Shown here: positions 20,272-30,721 of the stretch, one piece after another
How the letters are laid out: every line of letters begins with the position of its first letter
Numbering within the stretch: position 1 is the first letter of the stretch
Assembly: GCA_963848135.1 (NCBI GenBank)
Contig: CAWKCK010000003.1
Coordinates: 310,001-374,000, forward strand
DNA: 64,000 nt
From: an uncultured delta proteobacterium
GTDB lineage: Bacteria; Desulfobacterota; Desulfobacteria; Desulfobacterales; SG8-13
Reading direction: 5' to 3'
Made by a program: the position numbers and the translations under genes
Notes under the pieces: generated by a model
Database searches by the model: none
What the model was told of the DNA's origin: nothing
The model's input: only the letters and a program-made list of their open reading frames with translations

Positions 20272-22347
20272 ATGGATAGTGAAACCCACTGGGTGAAAAC
20301 CCACTGTGCACGAATGGACCACGGTGGTTGCGGACTTTTGGTCGGTACCAAAGACGGCCGAATCGTTAAAGTCAAAGGCAATCCCGGCGGTCTGCTGAAT
20401 AAGGGTTATATCTGTAGCAAGGGACGGGCAACGGCGGCGCGTTTGAATCACGCGCAGCGCCTGCGCCGCCCGTTGAAGCGAAGGGGTAAACGCGGCGCCG
20501 GCCACTGGGACCCGATCTCATGGTCCGATGCCATTGGGATCATCAAAGAAAATCTAAATCGCATTAAGGCGACAGACGGTGCCCGCGCTGTGGCTTTTTG
20601 TCAGGGCATGCCAAAGGGTCTGGATCACTTCGTACTTATCCGTTTGGCCAACGTATTCGGCTCGCCCAACGTGGTTACCGTCCAGGATGTTTGTCATGCC
20701 CCGCGAGAAATCAGCGGGTATCACACCTGCGGATTTTATCCGGTCGCGGACTACCGCCACACCAGTCGCTTGATAATGCTTTGGGGCAGCAACATATCGG
20801 CCACCAACGAAGAAGGTCAGATCTGCAGCCAGGTGTGGACTCAAGTTCAGAATGGAACCGAACTGATCGTTATCGACCCCCGGCGCACGGACCTGGCGGA
20901 CCGGGCCAGGTTCTGGCTGCAGCTGCGACCCGGAACCGATGCGGCCCTGGCGCTGGCATTCCTAAATGTGGTTATCGGCGAAAGGCTTCACGATGGCGCG
21001 TTCGTCGATGCCTGGACTTCCGGATTTTCAGAATTGTCCGAGCACGTTGAATCCTATTCCCCCGAACGGGTGGCAACGATAACAGACGTACCAGCGGGTC
21101 TGATTCGGAAAGCGGCCCGGATGTATGCCAAATCGGCACCAGCCGCCATCGGGTGGGGAAATGCCATCGAACAAAACACCCATTCCTGTGATACGGCCAG
21201 GGCGCTTGCCTGCCTGATGGCCATTTGTGGAAACCTGGACGTATCGGGTGGCAACGTTCAGGCCCTCGATCCTTCGGTGCAGGCACCAGGTAGATTCGTG
21301 CGCGCCAAACTGCTGCCCAACAAAACAAATGAGATGATCCATTCCCACTACGGGACTATCCGCGGACTGATGACGGTACCTCCGGCCTACTTCAGGAAAG
21401 CGATCATAGAGGGCATACCGTATCATGTCCGCGCTGCATATATGCAAGGCACCAATCCGTTGGTTGGATACGCCGATAGTCAACAGACATTTGCGGCGCT
21501 GAACCGTCTTGAATTTCTGGCTGTATCAGATATATTCATGACACCGACCGCTTCGATGGCCGACATCGTCCTGCCGGCGGCCACCCATCTTGAATTCGAC
21601 GACATCGGCCATTACGGCTTGGGACATGGCTTCATCCTGGCGCGTCCGAAAGTGGTTGAGCCTCCGATGGAATGTTGGCCGGATATAAAAATCCTTAATA
21701 CTTTAGGACGCGAATTGACCGGTGAAGAACACTGGTTCGGCGATTACCGAAAGCTCCTTGATGAGATTCTGGAGCCTGCCGGTCTGAACTTTGACGCGTT
21801 CTGCAAGCTGGAGAGCCTGCAAGGCGTCAAGCAGTTCAAGAAATACCAGTCGGCAGGGTTCAGAACGCCGTCCGGCAAAGTCGAGTTGATGCTCAGCCAG
21901 GCCAAGGCCCTGAACGCGCCGGCACTTCCACGTTTCAGGGAACCCTCGGACATCAAACCGGAGTTCCCCCTGGTTCTCACCAGTTGTAAAGACCGCCATT
22001 ATCTCCATTCATCCTTCCGCTGGATTGATTCTCTGAGACGACAAAGTCCTATACCACTTGCCCAGATTCATCCCCAAACAGCGGCCGACCACGATATCGG
22101 CAACGGCGACCTGATGGTCATCGAAACCGCCGGGGGCCGCATTATCCAGACCGCAAAAATTTCGGACGCCATCAAGCCGGGGGTCATTGTCGCCGCCTAC
22201 GGCTGGTGGTTTCCGGAAAAAACAGATGCCGCGCAATTCGACTGGAAAAGCGCTAACTACAACATGCTCACATCGACGGATCGCCTGGGTAAAGAATTCG
22301 GCTCGCCCGATCTGAAGGGAATACCATGCCGAATCCGTGCCTATTAA
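20272..22347 (+). CDS. Mo/W-bisPGD oxidoreductase, acetylene hydratase-like group
   Basis: N-terminal Fe-S motif CARMDHGGC...ICSKG, LWGSN, VIDPRRT, LRPGTD, MTPTASMADIVLPA, C-terminal molybdopterin-binding domain; no Tat signal. Confidence 0.85.
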   Translation: MDSETHWVKTHCARMDHGGCGLLVGTKDGRIVKVKGNPGGLLNKGYICSKGRATAARLNHAQRLRRPLKRRGKRGAGHWDPISWSDAIGIIKENLNRIKATDGARAVAFCQGMPKGLDHFVLIRLANVFGSPNVVTVQDVCHAPREISGYHTCGFYPVADYRHTSRLIMLWGSNISATNEEGQICSQVWTQVQNGTELIVIDPRRTDLADRARFWLQLRPGTDAALALAFLNVVIGERLHDGAFVDAWTSGFSELSEHVESYSPERVATITDVPAGLIRKAARMYAKSAPAAIGWGNAIEQNTHSCDTARALACLMAICGNLDVSGGNVQALDPSVQAPGRFVRAKLLPNKTNEMIHSHYGTIRGLMTVPPAYFRKAIIEGIPYHVRAAYMQGTNPLVGYADSQQTFAALNRLEFLAVSDIFMTPTASMADIVLPAATHLEFDDIGHYGLGHGFILARPKVVEPPMECWPDIKILNTLGRELTGEEHWFGDYRKLLDEILEPAGLNFDAFCKLESLQGVKQFKKYQSAGFRTPSGKVELMLSQAKALNAPALPRFREPSDIKPEFPLVLTSCKDRHYLHSSFRWIDSLRRQSPIPLAQIHPQTAADHDIGNGDLMVIETAGGRIIQTAKISDAIKPGVIVAAYGWWFPEKTDAAQFDWKSANYNMLTSTDRLGKEFGSPDLKGIPCRIRAY

Positions 22348-22509
22348 CGAATAGTCGCTGACACGACGGATTTCTTTTGACACAACAGGTTGTTTTGGAT
22401 TAACCCTTCAAACCCCGTTATGAAGGGCGACGGGTCAGGGGCCTCGCTTTGATACCGACTTTTCACTCATTCCGATGAAACACTCTTGGCTTAAAGGAAG
22501 ATAGCAATC

Positions 22510-23628
22510 ATGGGCATGTCGTTAATAGAAGGCAACGAAGCTGTCGCCTACGGAGCGCTGGCTGCCGGCTGCCGTTTTTTCGCCGGTTATCCCATCACAC
22601 CGGCGACCACGATCCTGAACACGATGCTGCGCTTGCTGCCGCCTGCCGGTGGCATTTGTCTGCAGGGCGAAGACGAGATTGCGTCCATCGGCTACTGTCT
22701 GGGCGCCTCGATGACCGGAATGAAAGCAATGACCGCCACCTCAGGCCCGGGAATCAGCCTTTACAGCGAGCACATCTCTTTTGCCATCGGCAGCGAAATC
22801 CCCATCGTCATCGTCAACGTCCAGCGCCTGGGACCTTCAACTGGATCGGCCACCAGAGGAGCGGATGGGGACATTAACTTCATGCGCTGGGGAAGCAGCA
22901 GTGGACTGCCGGTGATCGTTCTGGCTCCGGCAAACATTGGAGACTGTTATTCCCTGACAATGAAGGCCTTCAATCTGGCGGAAACCTACCGATGCCCGGT
23001 GTTCTTGGCTTCGAACAAGGAAATCGGCATGACGCGTGAAAGCATCGATCTTGCCGCGGTTGAAAAACCACCGGTGATCAATCGGACAGTGGCGCCTGAT
23101 CGAGAACACTTCCTGCCTTTCCACATTACAAATGGTCAAATCGTTCCCTATTTTTTACCTATTGGCGACAGCGTTCCGGTTCGCCAAACCTCCTCCACCC
23201 ATGGCGTTGATGGCTACATCACCACAGATACCGATGAAATCGCCTCGTTCCAGCAAAGGCTCTACGACAAACTGCAAACAACCGTCGACAGGTACAGCTA
23301 CTTTGATATTGACGATCAGGACGCCTCGACCCTTTTGATTACTTATGGGGTAACAGCGCAGGCTGCGAAAAATGCTGTTCGGGCCTGTAACCGACAGGGT
23401 GTGCCTGTTTCCCTTTTGATTCTCAAAACTCTCTGGCCGGTTCCGGAGAGCCTGATCCGCCGGACCGCCGGCGAGGCGAAACGGGTCGTGGTGGTCGAGA
23501 TGAACCTCGGACAATACGTCAACGAAATTCGTCGCATATTGCCGGGCAAAACCATCGATTTTTTCGGCCAGATGGACGGCCGCCTGATTACACCCGGACA
23601 GATCGAGGAGGTGATTACGCGTGGATAG
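22510..23628 (+). CDS. 2-oxoacid:ferredoxin oxidoreductase alpha subunit
   Basis: GNEAVA, AGYPITPAT, EDEIA, TATSGPG, VQRLGPSTG, EMNLGQY. Confidence 0.93.
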   Translation: MGMSLIEGNEAVAYGALAAGCRFFAGYPITPATTILNTMLRLLPPAGGICLQGEDEIASIGYCLGASMTGMKAMTATSGPGISLYSEHISFAIGSEIPIVIVNVQRLGPSTGSATRGADGDINFMRWGSSSGLPVIVLAPANIGDCYSLTMKAFNLAETYRCPVFLASNKEIGMTRESIDLAAVEKPPVINRTVAPDREHFLPFHITNGQIVPYFLPIGDSVPVRQTSSTHGVDGYITTDTDEIASFQQRLYDKLQTTVDRYSYFDIDDQDASTLLITYGVTAQAAKNAVRACNRQGVPVSLLILKTLWPVPESLIRRTAGEAKRVVVVEMNLGQYVNEIRRILPGKTIDFFGQMDGRLITPGQIEEVITRG

Positions 23629-24916
23629 CCTGTTAAACAAGAATCGTCCCCCGGTCTTTTGCCCGGGATGCGCCCATGATCGTGTGACGCAGGCACTGGA
23701 CAAAGGGTTTCAGCTATTGGATATGGCCGGCAACCAGATTGCCATTGTCAGCGACATCGGATGCTCCGGATTGTTCGACACATTTTTCAACACCCATGCC
23801 CTGCACGGCCTGCACGGGCGAGCCCTCACTTATGCGGCCGGCATCAAGCTGGCCCAACCGGAGTTAAACGTGGTGGTCACCATGGGAGATGGCGGACAAG
23901 GTATCGGCGGCGCTCACCTGCTGGCGGCCTGCCGTCGTAACCTGAACATGACGCTGCTGGTTTTGAATAACTTCAATTTTGGCATGACCGGCGGCCAGTT
24001 CTCAGCCACAACCCCTGCAAAAGCCCAGGTGGGTTCCGGTTTTTTGAATCGACTTGAACGCCCACTCGACATCTGCAGTGTCGCCCGTTCAGCCGGTGCA
24101 GCATATGTGCGGCGCTGCAGCAGCTATCAAAAGGACTTGGCGGAGGAATTTGCAAAAGCCATTGCTTTCGTGGGCTTTGCCGTCCTCGATATCTGGGGCA
24201 TATGTCCCGGTCGTTACACCCGCGAAAACAAGATGTCGCCGAATGATATCGCAGCAGCTCTCAATCAGCTACCGCCGGAAACCGGTGAAGTGATTGAAAA
24301 TCGGCGCCAGGAATATGGCGCTCACTACCGCGATACAACCAAAAACCTGAAATTGGTTGCGCCACCGGCCCCGATCGAAAAACAGTTCGATCCTCCGCAG
24401 CCCGGACGTCATGAAGTTCTGCTCCTCGGCAATGCCGGCCAACGTATTATCACTGCCGGCGAAATCTTGTGCCTGGCCGGCATGACCGCCGGGCTGTATG
24501 CGACTCAAAAGAACGAATACAACATTACCGTCTTGCGCGGGCCGTCGATCAGCGAAATGCTTTTGTCCGAAGAGCGGATCGATTACGCTGGGATCGGCAT
24601 GCCGGATGTCGTCATGGCCCTAAGTCAGGAAGGCGTGGACCGCAGAAAGGCGCTGCTGGCCCGCCTGGATAAAAAGACACTGGTATTAAAGGCCCCGGGA
24701 GTTAACCTGCCACCGTCAGCAGCCGAAGAAATCTTTTTGGATTTCAAATCCCACGGCATAAAACCGCAGGATTGGGCCCTGGCGGTATTGGCCACCCTGG
24801 CAAAACAGAACCGGATCATATCAACCGATATGTTGCGCCGTGCCTTGACCACCCGATTCCGAGGCGATACCCTTGCTTCTGTTTTGAAATTGATCGATCA
24901 GATAACGGCGCAATAA
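23621..24916 (+). CDS. 2-oxoacid:ferredoxin oxidoreductase beta subunit fused to a gamma-like domain
   Basis: FCPGC, DIGCS, LHGRA, TPP motif GDG...NNFNFGMTGGQ, then a gamma-like domain (LLGNAGQRI...RGPSISE). Confidence 0.88.
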   Translation: MDSLLNKNRPPVFCPGCAHDRVTQALDKGFQLLDMAGNQIAIVSDIGCSGLFDTFFNTHALHGLHGRALTYAAGIKLAQPELNVVVTMGDGGQGIGGAHLLAACRRNLNMTLLVLNNFNFGMTGGQFSATTPAKAQVGSGFLNRLERPLDICSVARSAGAAYVRRCSSYQKDLAEEFAKAIAFVGFAVLDIWGICPGRYTRENKMSPNDIAAALNQLPPETGEVIENRRQEYGAHYRDTTKNLKLVAPPAPIEKQFDPPQPGRHEVLLLGNAGQRIITAGEILCLAGMTAGLYATQKNEYNITVLRGPSISEMLLSEERIDYAGIGMPDVVMALSQEGVDRRKALLARLDKKTLVLKAPGVNLPPSAAEEIFLDFKSHGIKPQDWALAVLATLAKQNRIISTDMLRRALTTRFRGDTLASVLKLIDQITAQ

Positions 24917-25044
24917 GACAAAGAAATTTATGAAGATGGCGTCGAAACACGGGCGGAGATTCCCATTGACAATAGCTTACCGGTATGATCTTTGACAGTT
25001 GACTGTGGAAGTTCAAGATCAACACAAAAGAAAAGGGAGGGGAG

Positions 25045-25482
25045 ATGAAGAAGTCACATGGTGTTGCAACATTGCTGGTCATCTTCATGGGGGCGATCGC
25101 TCTTTTGCTTACCGGTTGTGCGGGTAAAGGCTATACACCGGGAACGGCACCGGAGAGTTTTCCGTGTGTGCCCGAGAGTAAACTGGAAAAGGATATTGCA
25201 CCGGAAGCCGCCTTGGAAGATCTGTCCTGCTCGTTCAATAAGTATGAAGGCAAAGACACCTTGCACTTTAATGTTGCCGTGAAAAATGTCAGCGATAAAC
25301 CGCAGCGATACCGGGTCAATCTATTCATGGATAACGGTAAGGCTGTGGGCGGACTCATACCGAGAAAAACCAAAGGCGGACTCGTCGAGCCCGGCAAATC
25401 CATGTCATTCAAGTATCCCGTGGTGGATATGCCCGTCAGTCCGAAAGCTATGACGCTTATCATCAAAACCGTATCTGAATAA
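25045..25482 (+). CDS. Lipoprotein with probable Ig-like beta domain
   Basis: Lipobox LLTGC, strong GGAGG RBS, beta-rich body (VAVKNVSDKP...LVEPGKS); first gene of the TAXI operon. Confidence 0.75.
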   Translation: MKKSHGVATLLVIFMGAIALLLTGCAGKGYTPGTAPESFPCVPESKLEKDIAPEAALEDLSCSFNKYEGKDTLHFNVAVKNVSDKPQRYRVNLFMDNGKAVGGLIPRKTKGGLVEPGKSMSFKYPVVDMPVSPKAMTLIIKTVSE

Positions 25483-25513
25483 CAGTCGTACAAGTGAAAG
25501 AGAGGAGATGCAC

Positions 25514-26479
25514 ATGAAACGAATCAGCCTGACCCTTATGCTCTGCTTGACCTTAGCTCTGACCGGTCCGGTGGCAGCCAAAACGACCTTCATCGGAATT
25601 GGCACCGGTGGTACCGGTGGTATTTACTATCCTTACGGCGGCGGTGTGGCCGAAATCTGGTCGAAGTACGTCCCGGATGTCAAAGCCGTTGCCGAAGTAA
25701 CGGGCGCGAGCGTAGAAAACGTCAAGTTGGCCCACAAGGGCGAAACCGTTATCGGAGAGGTCATGGGTGATGTGGCCGATGCCGGCTATAAAGGGACGAA
25801 TAAATTCAAAGGCAAGAAACACGACATTCTCTCCATGGCCATCATGTATCCCAATCTACTGCAGGTGGTGACCCTGAAAAGTAGCGGTATTACCAACATC
25901 GAGCAGATCAAAGGTAAAAAAATCAGCAGCGGCAGCCCGGGTAGCGGAACCAACTTCATGTCCGAGGCCGTATTCAAAGCCCTTGCCATTCCCCTTGACT
26001 CCTACACCGATAGCCGCCTGTCATTTACCGAAACCGCCAATGCTTTGCGGGATGGCACCGTCGATGTCGGCTTCTGGTCTGTCGGCCCCGGCACCAGTTC
26101 CATTTTGGACCTATCCACAACGCATGACATTCACATCATCAATTTCACTCCGGACCAGGTCAAGAAAGTCCTGGCGGCAAACGACACTTACTCCGCGGTC
26201 GATTTATCCGGTGGCGTCTATCGCGGTATGGACCAGGCTGTCCCCACCATCGGTGTGTGGAACGTGATGATCTGCCAGGCATCGCTGGAGACCGATTTTG
26301 TTTATCAACTGGCCAAGGCTCTGTATGAGCACAATGACTACCTGCTCAAGATTCACCCTTCGGCCGCTTACACAACGCCTGAAAATGCGGTGAAGTATTC
26401 CCCGATACCATTGCACCCCGGCACGATCAAGTATCTCAAGGAAAAGGGTGTGGCGGTACCGGCCAGACTCGTTCCTTAA
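25514..26479 (+). CDS. TAXI family TRAP transporter solute-binding protein
   Basis: GTGGTGGIYY, TGASVEN, GSPGSGT, IPLHPG motifs; signal peptide. Confidence 0.95.
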   Translation: MKRISLTLMLCLTLALTGPVAAKTTFIGIGTGGTGGIYYPYGGGVAEIWSKYVPDVKAVAEVTGASVENVKLAHKGETVIGEVMGDVADAGYKGTNKFKGKKHDILSMAIMYPNLLQVVTLKSSGITNIEQIKGKKISSGSPGSGTNFMSEAVFKALAIPLDSYTDSRLSFTETANALRDGTVDVGFWSVGPGTSSILDLSTTHDIHIINFTPDQVKKVLAANDTYSAVDLSGGVYRGMDQAVPTIGVWNVMICQASLETDFVYQLAKALYEHNDYLLKIHPSAAYTTPENAVKYSPIPLHPGTIKYLKEKGVAVPARLVP

Positions 26480-26486
26480 TCGCGAC

Positions 26487-27044
26487 ATGCAGAACAGGCC
26501 GGTGCGACGGATTTTTCTAACAGCTTCCGGCCTGTTTCTTTTGGTTTTGATTGCGACTGGAATGGCTCCCGGCGGACTGGAATTGAGAATAGATCCGATA
26601 AACGGCGGCACGCCGCTTATGGTTCTGCCGATGGCACCGGGAGAACGCTTCACCCTGCACTATTACCATTCGGTCGAAAACGCACCCATCTGGGAAGAAC
26701 ACAGCTTGGACGAAGAGGGTGTGATTTATATCGAAGAAGAACGCTATTTGAAGTTCGGGGCCGGGATGGGCCGCATGCCCGGTGTCGGCCGCATGGTGCA
26801 GCGGGGTCCTTATGAAGTCATTGAGGACATGCACATGCGGACCGGCAACTTCATCCTGCGCGTGGGAAGTCCCGGAGTTGACCATACCATTATCTGGCGC
26901 GGATCCCGTACCAACCTTTCCAATCTGGTCCCCCATGCGGCCGTTCGGTTTTCGGCCCGGCCGGTGAGTTTACTTCACCGTATTTGGCGGGGAATAAAAC
27001 CTCACCCCAAGACCCCGGTGTCAGGAGCGATTGATGTCGGATAA
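26487..27044 (+). CDS. DUF1850 family protein
   Basis: FTLHYYHSVENAPIWE and FGAGM motifs; position between TAXI binding protein and fused permease. Confidence 0.85.
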   Translation: MQNRPVRRIFLTASGLFLLVLIATGMAPGGLELRIDPINGGTPLMVLPMAPGERFTLHYYHSVENAPIWEEHSLDEEGVIYIEEERYLKFGAGMGRMPGVGRMVQRGPYEVIEDMHMRTGNFILRVGSPGVDHTIIWRGSRTNLSNLVPHAAVRFSARPVSLLHRIWRGIKPHPKTPVSGAIDVG

Positions 27045-29055
27045 CAGTCAACCAAAATCTGATACCGAAAGTGTTCAACGAAAGCCGGCCAAAATCAGTG
27101 TCGCGTCAGATCGTAGCCAGACATTGGTGAGCTGGACAGCACGCCTTGTGATGATCATAGCGGTCAGCTTGAGTCTCTATCAGCTGTATACGGCAGGCGT
27201 CACGGCCCTAACGGCCCTGGTGCAGCGCTCTATCCATCTCGGAGCCATTCTGAGCCTGACATTTCTGCTCAAACCACCGTTCAAAGGCGCCCGCAAGGAC
27301 AAACTCACCATTTGGCTCTTGCTGGACTGGATCTTTATTCTGGCATCAGTCTACTGCACTTTTTACATCTGTTACAATCTCACCGACATCTTCGAACGCC
27401 AGGGCGACTGGCTGAGAAGTGATCTGGTCATTAGCATAATCGGCACCATCCTGGTCCTTGAAGCCTGCCGACGGGTCATCGGGTTGATAATGACCGGCAT
27501 CTGCTTGACGGCCATGCTCTATGCCCATTACGGGCCGTACATGCCCGAGTTGATCATCCACAAGGGCTACAGTATCGAACGTATCGCCACTACCCTGTGG
27601 CTGACAACCGAAGGGATCTTCGGCCTTCCCATCGGCGTGGCCGCCACCTTTGTATTCGTCTTCGTATTGTTCGGCGCCTTTCTGGAGTCAACCGGCGGCG
27701 GAAATTTTTTCATCGAATTGGCCTATGCTATAACAGGGCGCTTTTCGGGCGGCCCGGCCAAAACCGCCGTGGTGGCGTCCGGGTTCCTGGGATCGATTTC
27801 CGGTTCGGCTGTGGGCAACGTGGTCGCCACAGGTTCATTCACGATTCCCATGATGAAAAAAGTCGGTTATCGACCGCATGTGGCCGGTGCCATCGAAGCG
27901 GCGGCGTCCACCGGCGGCCAGCTGATGCCACCGATCATGGGCGCTGGTGCCTTTCTGATGGCCGAGTTCACCGAGACCAGCTATTTGACAATCATCAAGG
28001 TCGCACTGGTCCCGGCCATCATGTACTACCTTACCGTGCTGTTCTTCGTTCATTTCGAGGCCAAGAAACACGGACTCGTCGGACAACCCCGGGACAGCCT
28101 GCCCCGGATAATGTCGGTACTGAAGGAAGGGTTGCATTTCGTCATCCCCGTGATGATCCTGATTTACGTATTGGTTTCAAATTATTCGCCCATGATGGCC
28201 GGCTTCGTTGCCGTCCTGAGCACCCTGGCTGCCAGCGTAACGGCCAACACCGTGCGCTGGGTCACTCACAACGCTCGGCTGCCGGTGAACGATGCAAACC
28301 GAATCAACCTGGCTCGGTTCAGCCTCAAAGAATTCAAAATGACTCTTGGCGCTTTGGAGAAAGGGGCCATAAACGCCATTATGGTCTCGGTGGCCTGCGC
28401 CGCCGCCGGTATCATTGTCGGCATGGTCACCTTGACCGGAATGGGCCTGAAGTTTTCGAGTCTGGTGCTGGACCTAAGCTTCGGAATCAAGGCTTTGGCG
28501 ATCCTCCTGATCGGTGCGGCCTCTCTGGTCCTCGGCATGGGGCTGCCGGTAACCGCCAGCTATATCGTCCTGGCCACCCTGGCCGGACCGGCCCTGTTGG
28601 ATATGGGCGTACCGCTGCTTGTCACCCACATGATCGTTTTCTGGTACTCTCAGGATGCCAATGTCACGCCTCCGGTCAGCCTGGCCAGCTTCGCCGGTGC
28701 CGGCATTGCAGGTGCCAATCCGATGCGCACGGCGTTCACTTCATGGAAGCTGGCCAAAGGTCTTTACATTATCCCCATCATCATGGCCTATCGCCCGCTG
28801 CTCGGCCTCGGTGAGAACTATGAGCTGCTGCATTGGCCGGTGATATTCACCATGGTAACCACGTCATTGGGCCTGGTGGCTTTTGCTTCGGCCTTGGAGC
28901 GTTACTTCATCCGCCGCGCCACCTGGCTTGAGACCGCACTCTTTACCGTGGCGGCCATCGGTCTTTTCTGGCCGGAGGCCTGGGGTGACATTGTCGGGTT
29001 CCTTGCCTTTTTCACGGCGGTCTTGCTCCAAAAATACCGCCCTGCCGCACGTTAG
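27034..29055 (+). CDS. TRAP transporter fused 4TM/12TM permease
   Basis: GGPAK, SGSAVGNV, TGSFTIPMMK, EAAASTGGQLMPPIMGAGAFLMAE, GMGLP, TPPV motifs. Confidence 0.95.
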   Translation: MSDNSQPKSDTESVQRKPAKISVASDRSQTLVSWTARLVMIIAVSLSLYQLYTAGVTALTALVQRSIHLGAILSLTFLLKPPFKGARKDKLTIWLLLDWIFILASVYCTFYICYNLTDIFERQGDWLRSDLVISIIGTILVLEACRRVIGLIMTGICLTAMLYAHYGPYMPELIIHKGYSIERIATTLWLTTEGIFGLPIGVAATFVFVFVLFGAFLESTGGGNFFIELAYAITGRFSGGPAKTAVVASGFLGSISGSAVGNVVATGSFTIPMMKKVGYRPHVAGAIEAAASTGGQLMPPIMGAGAFLMAEFTETSYLTIIKVALVPAIMYYLTVLFFVHFEAKKHGLVGQPRDSLPRIMSVLKEGLHFVIPVMILIYVLVSNYSPMMAGFVAVLSTLAASVTANTVRWVTHNARLPVNDANRINLARFSLKEFKMTLGALEKGAINAIMVSVACAAAGIIVGMVTLTGMGLKFSSLVLDLSFGIKALAILLIGAASLVLGMGLPVTASYIVLATLAGPALLDMGVPLLVTHMIVFWYSQDANVTPPVSLASFAGAGIAGANPMRTAFTSWKLAKGLYIIPIIMAYRPLLGLGENYELLHWPVIFTMVTTSLGLVAFASALERYFIRRATWLETALFTVAAIGLFWPEAWGDIVGFLAFFTAVLLQKYRPAAR

Positions 29056-29174
29056 CGCGCCGACCCGGGTTGAGGTTCTCGATCGATCTTTCTCCATCGG
29101 CGCCCGTTCTCTTCGCATTGAATCAGGCCCGTCTTCTCTGCCAAGCGTGAAACACCCTGTGGCGTTATGGACGA

Positions 29175-30437
29175 TTAACCTTTTGGGCTGGTCGGTTGCG
29201 GACGTGAATCCTCGGTCAACAGGTAAAGACATCCAACCGAAGCCAAGCAGATCGCACTGAATCTGAAGATACTGTCAAAGGCGGCCATACCAAGGGGTGC
29301 CGATGGATGAAGATGCTGCATCAAGTTGCTGAGACCTTGGAGAAACACGGCCGGCCCGATCATTGTGAAAAAATTAATTCCCGTCATGGCCGTACCAGCC
29401 ATCTGGAATGGCATGCGCTCCTTTATGTGGCTGTACATGATACCACCGGTACTGCTTACAGCTCCCAGCATAAAGAATAGAACGGCCAAGGATTTCGGAT
29501 CGACCCCTGCCGGCAGTAACGCGAGAACCACGAGCAGCAAGGCCAAACCTGCCAGACCGGGAATCACAACCCACTTGCGTGTATTCGCCAGCCGATCCGA
29601 TATGGAACCGAAGATCGGCCCCCCCAAAATAAAACCGATGTTCATTACCAAAATGATGTTGCCGGCAGTAACGGCCGGTAAGCCCCGAGCGGCAATGAGA
29701 TACGGACCGGCATAAAGGCTCTGAATAGCGGCATAGATGCCGTAGCGGCAAAAAGTACTCAGAGATATAATCCAATAATCTCTTTTTTGGATCAGCAGGT
29801 GCAATCCCACAAACATCTCACGGAACCCCCTGTTATGTCCTCCCCTCGGAGCCATGTCATTGCCCGTTGTCTCGGTAGCGCCGGCAACCATAAAGAATGC
29901 GATCGAAAGGAGCAGGTTGATGCCTGCAAATATAAAGAAAGTCGATCGCCAGCCGATCGCCTCCGTCAATAGGACTAAAGGTGTTGTGGCACAGATGTTG
30001 CCGACGGTACCCATGGAGAAGATAACGGCTGCCAGAGTGGCAAACCGCCGGGGGGTAAAGCACACTGTCAACAACTTGAATGTCCCCATCAAATTGCAGG
30101 CCATTCCGATGCCAAGCAGCAATCGGGCAACTATCAGCATATCCAGTGATTGGGCTTTGGCGAAGACGGCCGCACCGAGGACGGCGACGAGGTTCAAAGT
30201 GGCCATTGTCCGGCGAAAACCGAGGCGATCCAGATATACGGCCAGGGGGATCTGGGTCAATGCGAAGGCATAAAAGAAGGCCGCTGACATCTGGCCCAGT
30301 CCACGGGCATCAAGTGAGAAATCTACCATGAGCTGGGGTGTGATAACGGCCACGGTCGCCCGGTAGAATTGGGACAGAACGAAGAGAAGCGTCGCCAGAA
30401 TAAACAGAACCCAGCGGCGATAACCCGAAAATTTCAT
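29175..30437 (-). CDS. MFS transporter
   Basis: About 12 TM segments; LDRLGFRR and GSISDRL motif-A-like loops. Confidence 0.88.
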   Translation of the reverse strand: MKFSGYRRWVLFILATLLFVLSQFYRATVAVITPQLMVDFSLDARGLGQMSAAFFYAFALTQIPLAVYLDRLGFRRTMATLNLVAVLGAAVFAKAQSLDMLIVARLLLGIGMACNLMGTFKLLTVCFTPRRFATLAAVIFSMGTVGNICATTPLVLLTEAIGWRSTFFIFAGINLLLSIAFFMVAGATETTGNDMAPRGGHNRGFREMFVGLHLLIQKRDYWIISLSTFCRYGIYAAIQSLYAGPYLIAARGLPAVTAGNIILVMNIGFILGGPIFGSISDRLANTRKWVVIPGLAGLALLLVVLALLPAGVDPKSLAVLFFMLGAVSSTGGIMYSHIKERMPFQMAGTAMTGINFFTMIGPAVFLQGLSNLMQHLHPSAPLGMAAFDSIFRFSAICLASVGCLYLLTEDSRPQPTSPKG

Positions 30438-30721
30438 GTGTTGTTTCCAACGCGTAATTCAAAAAAAGCAACATCCGGTCACGACTGACGCCGGTTACTC
30501 ATTCTAACATGGTGCATGTTATATCGTCATTGAGCGATCTGAAAAGTTTTCACTCGACAGGCCAGGCCAAAGAGCGGTGGCATTAATGGCCAACGTTGGG
30601 TTTAGCGTTAAACGGCAGACCGCATTCCCTCGAAATACCTTGGTCATTATCGCCGCTATTGGGTAAAAGATCCGGGATAAGTATCTGTTGGCATGGGCAC
30701 ACGTTATTACCTTCGTTTCGT

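Noticed and set aside
20272..22347. Selenocysteine recoding in the molybdoenzyme
   Set aside because: The frame is uninterrupted and the probable metal ligand is an ordinary Cys codon.
27597..28814. 405-aa alternative-frame Arg/His/Gly-rich ORF
   Set aside because: Frame-shifted shadow inside the GC-rich TRAP permease gene.
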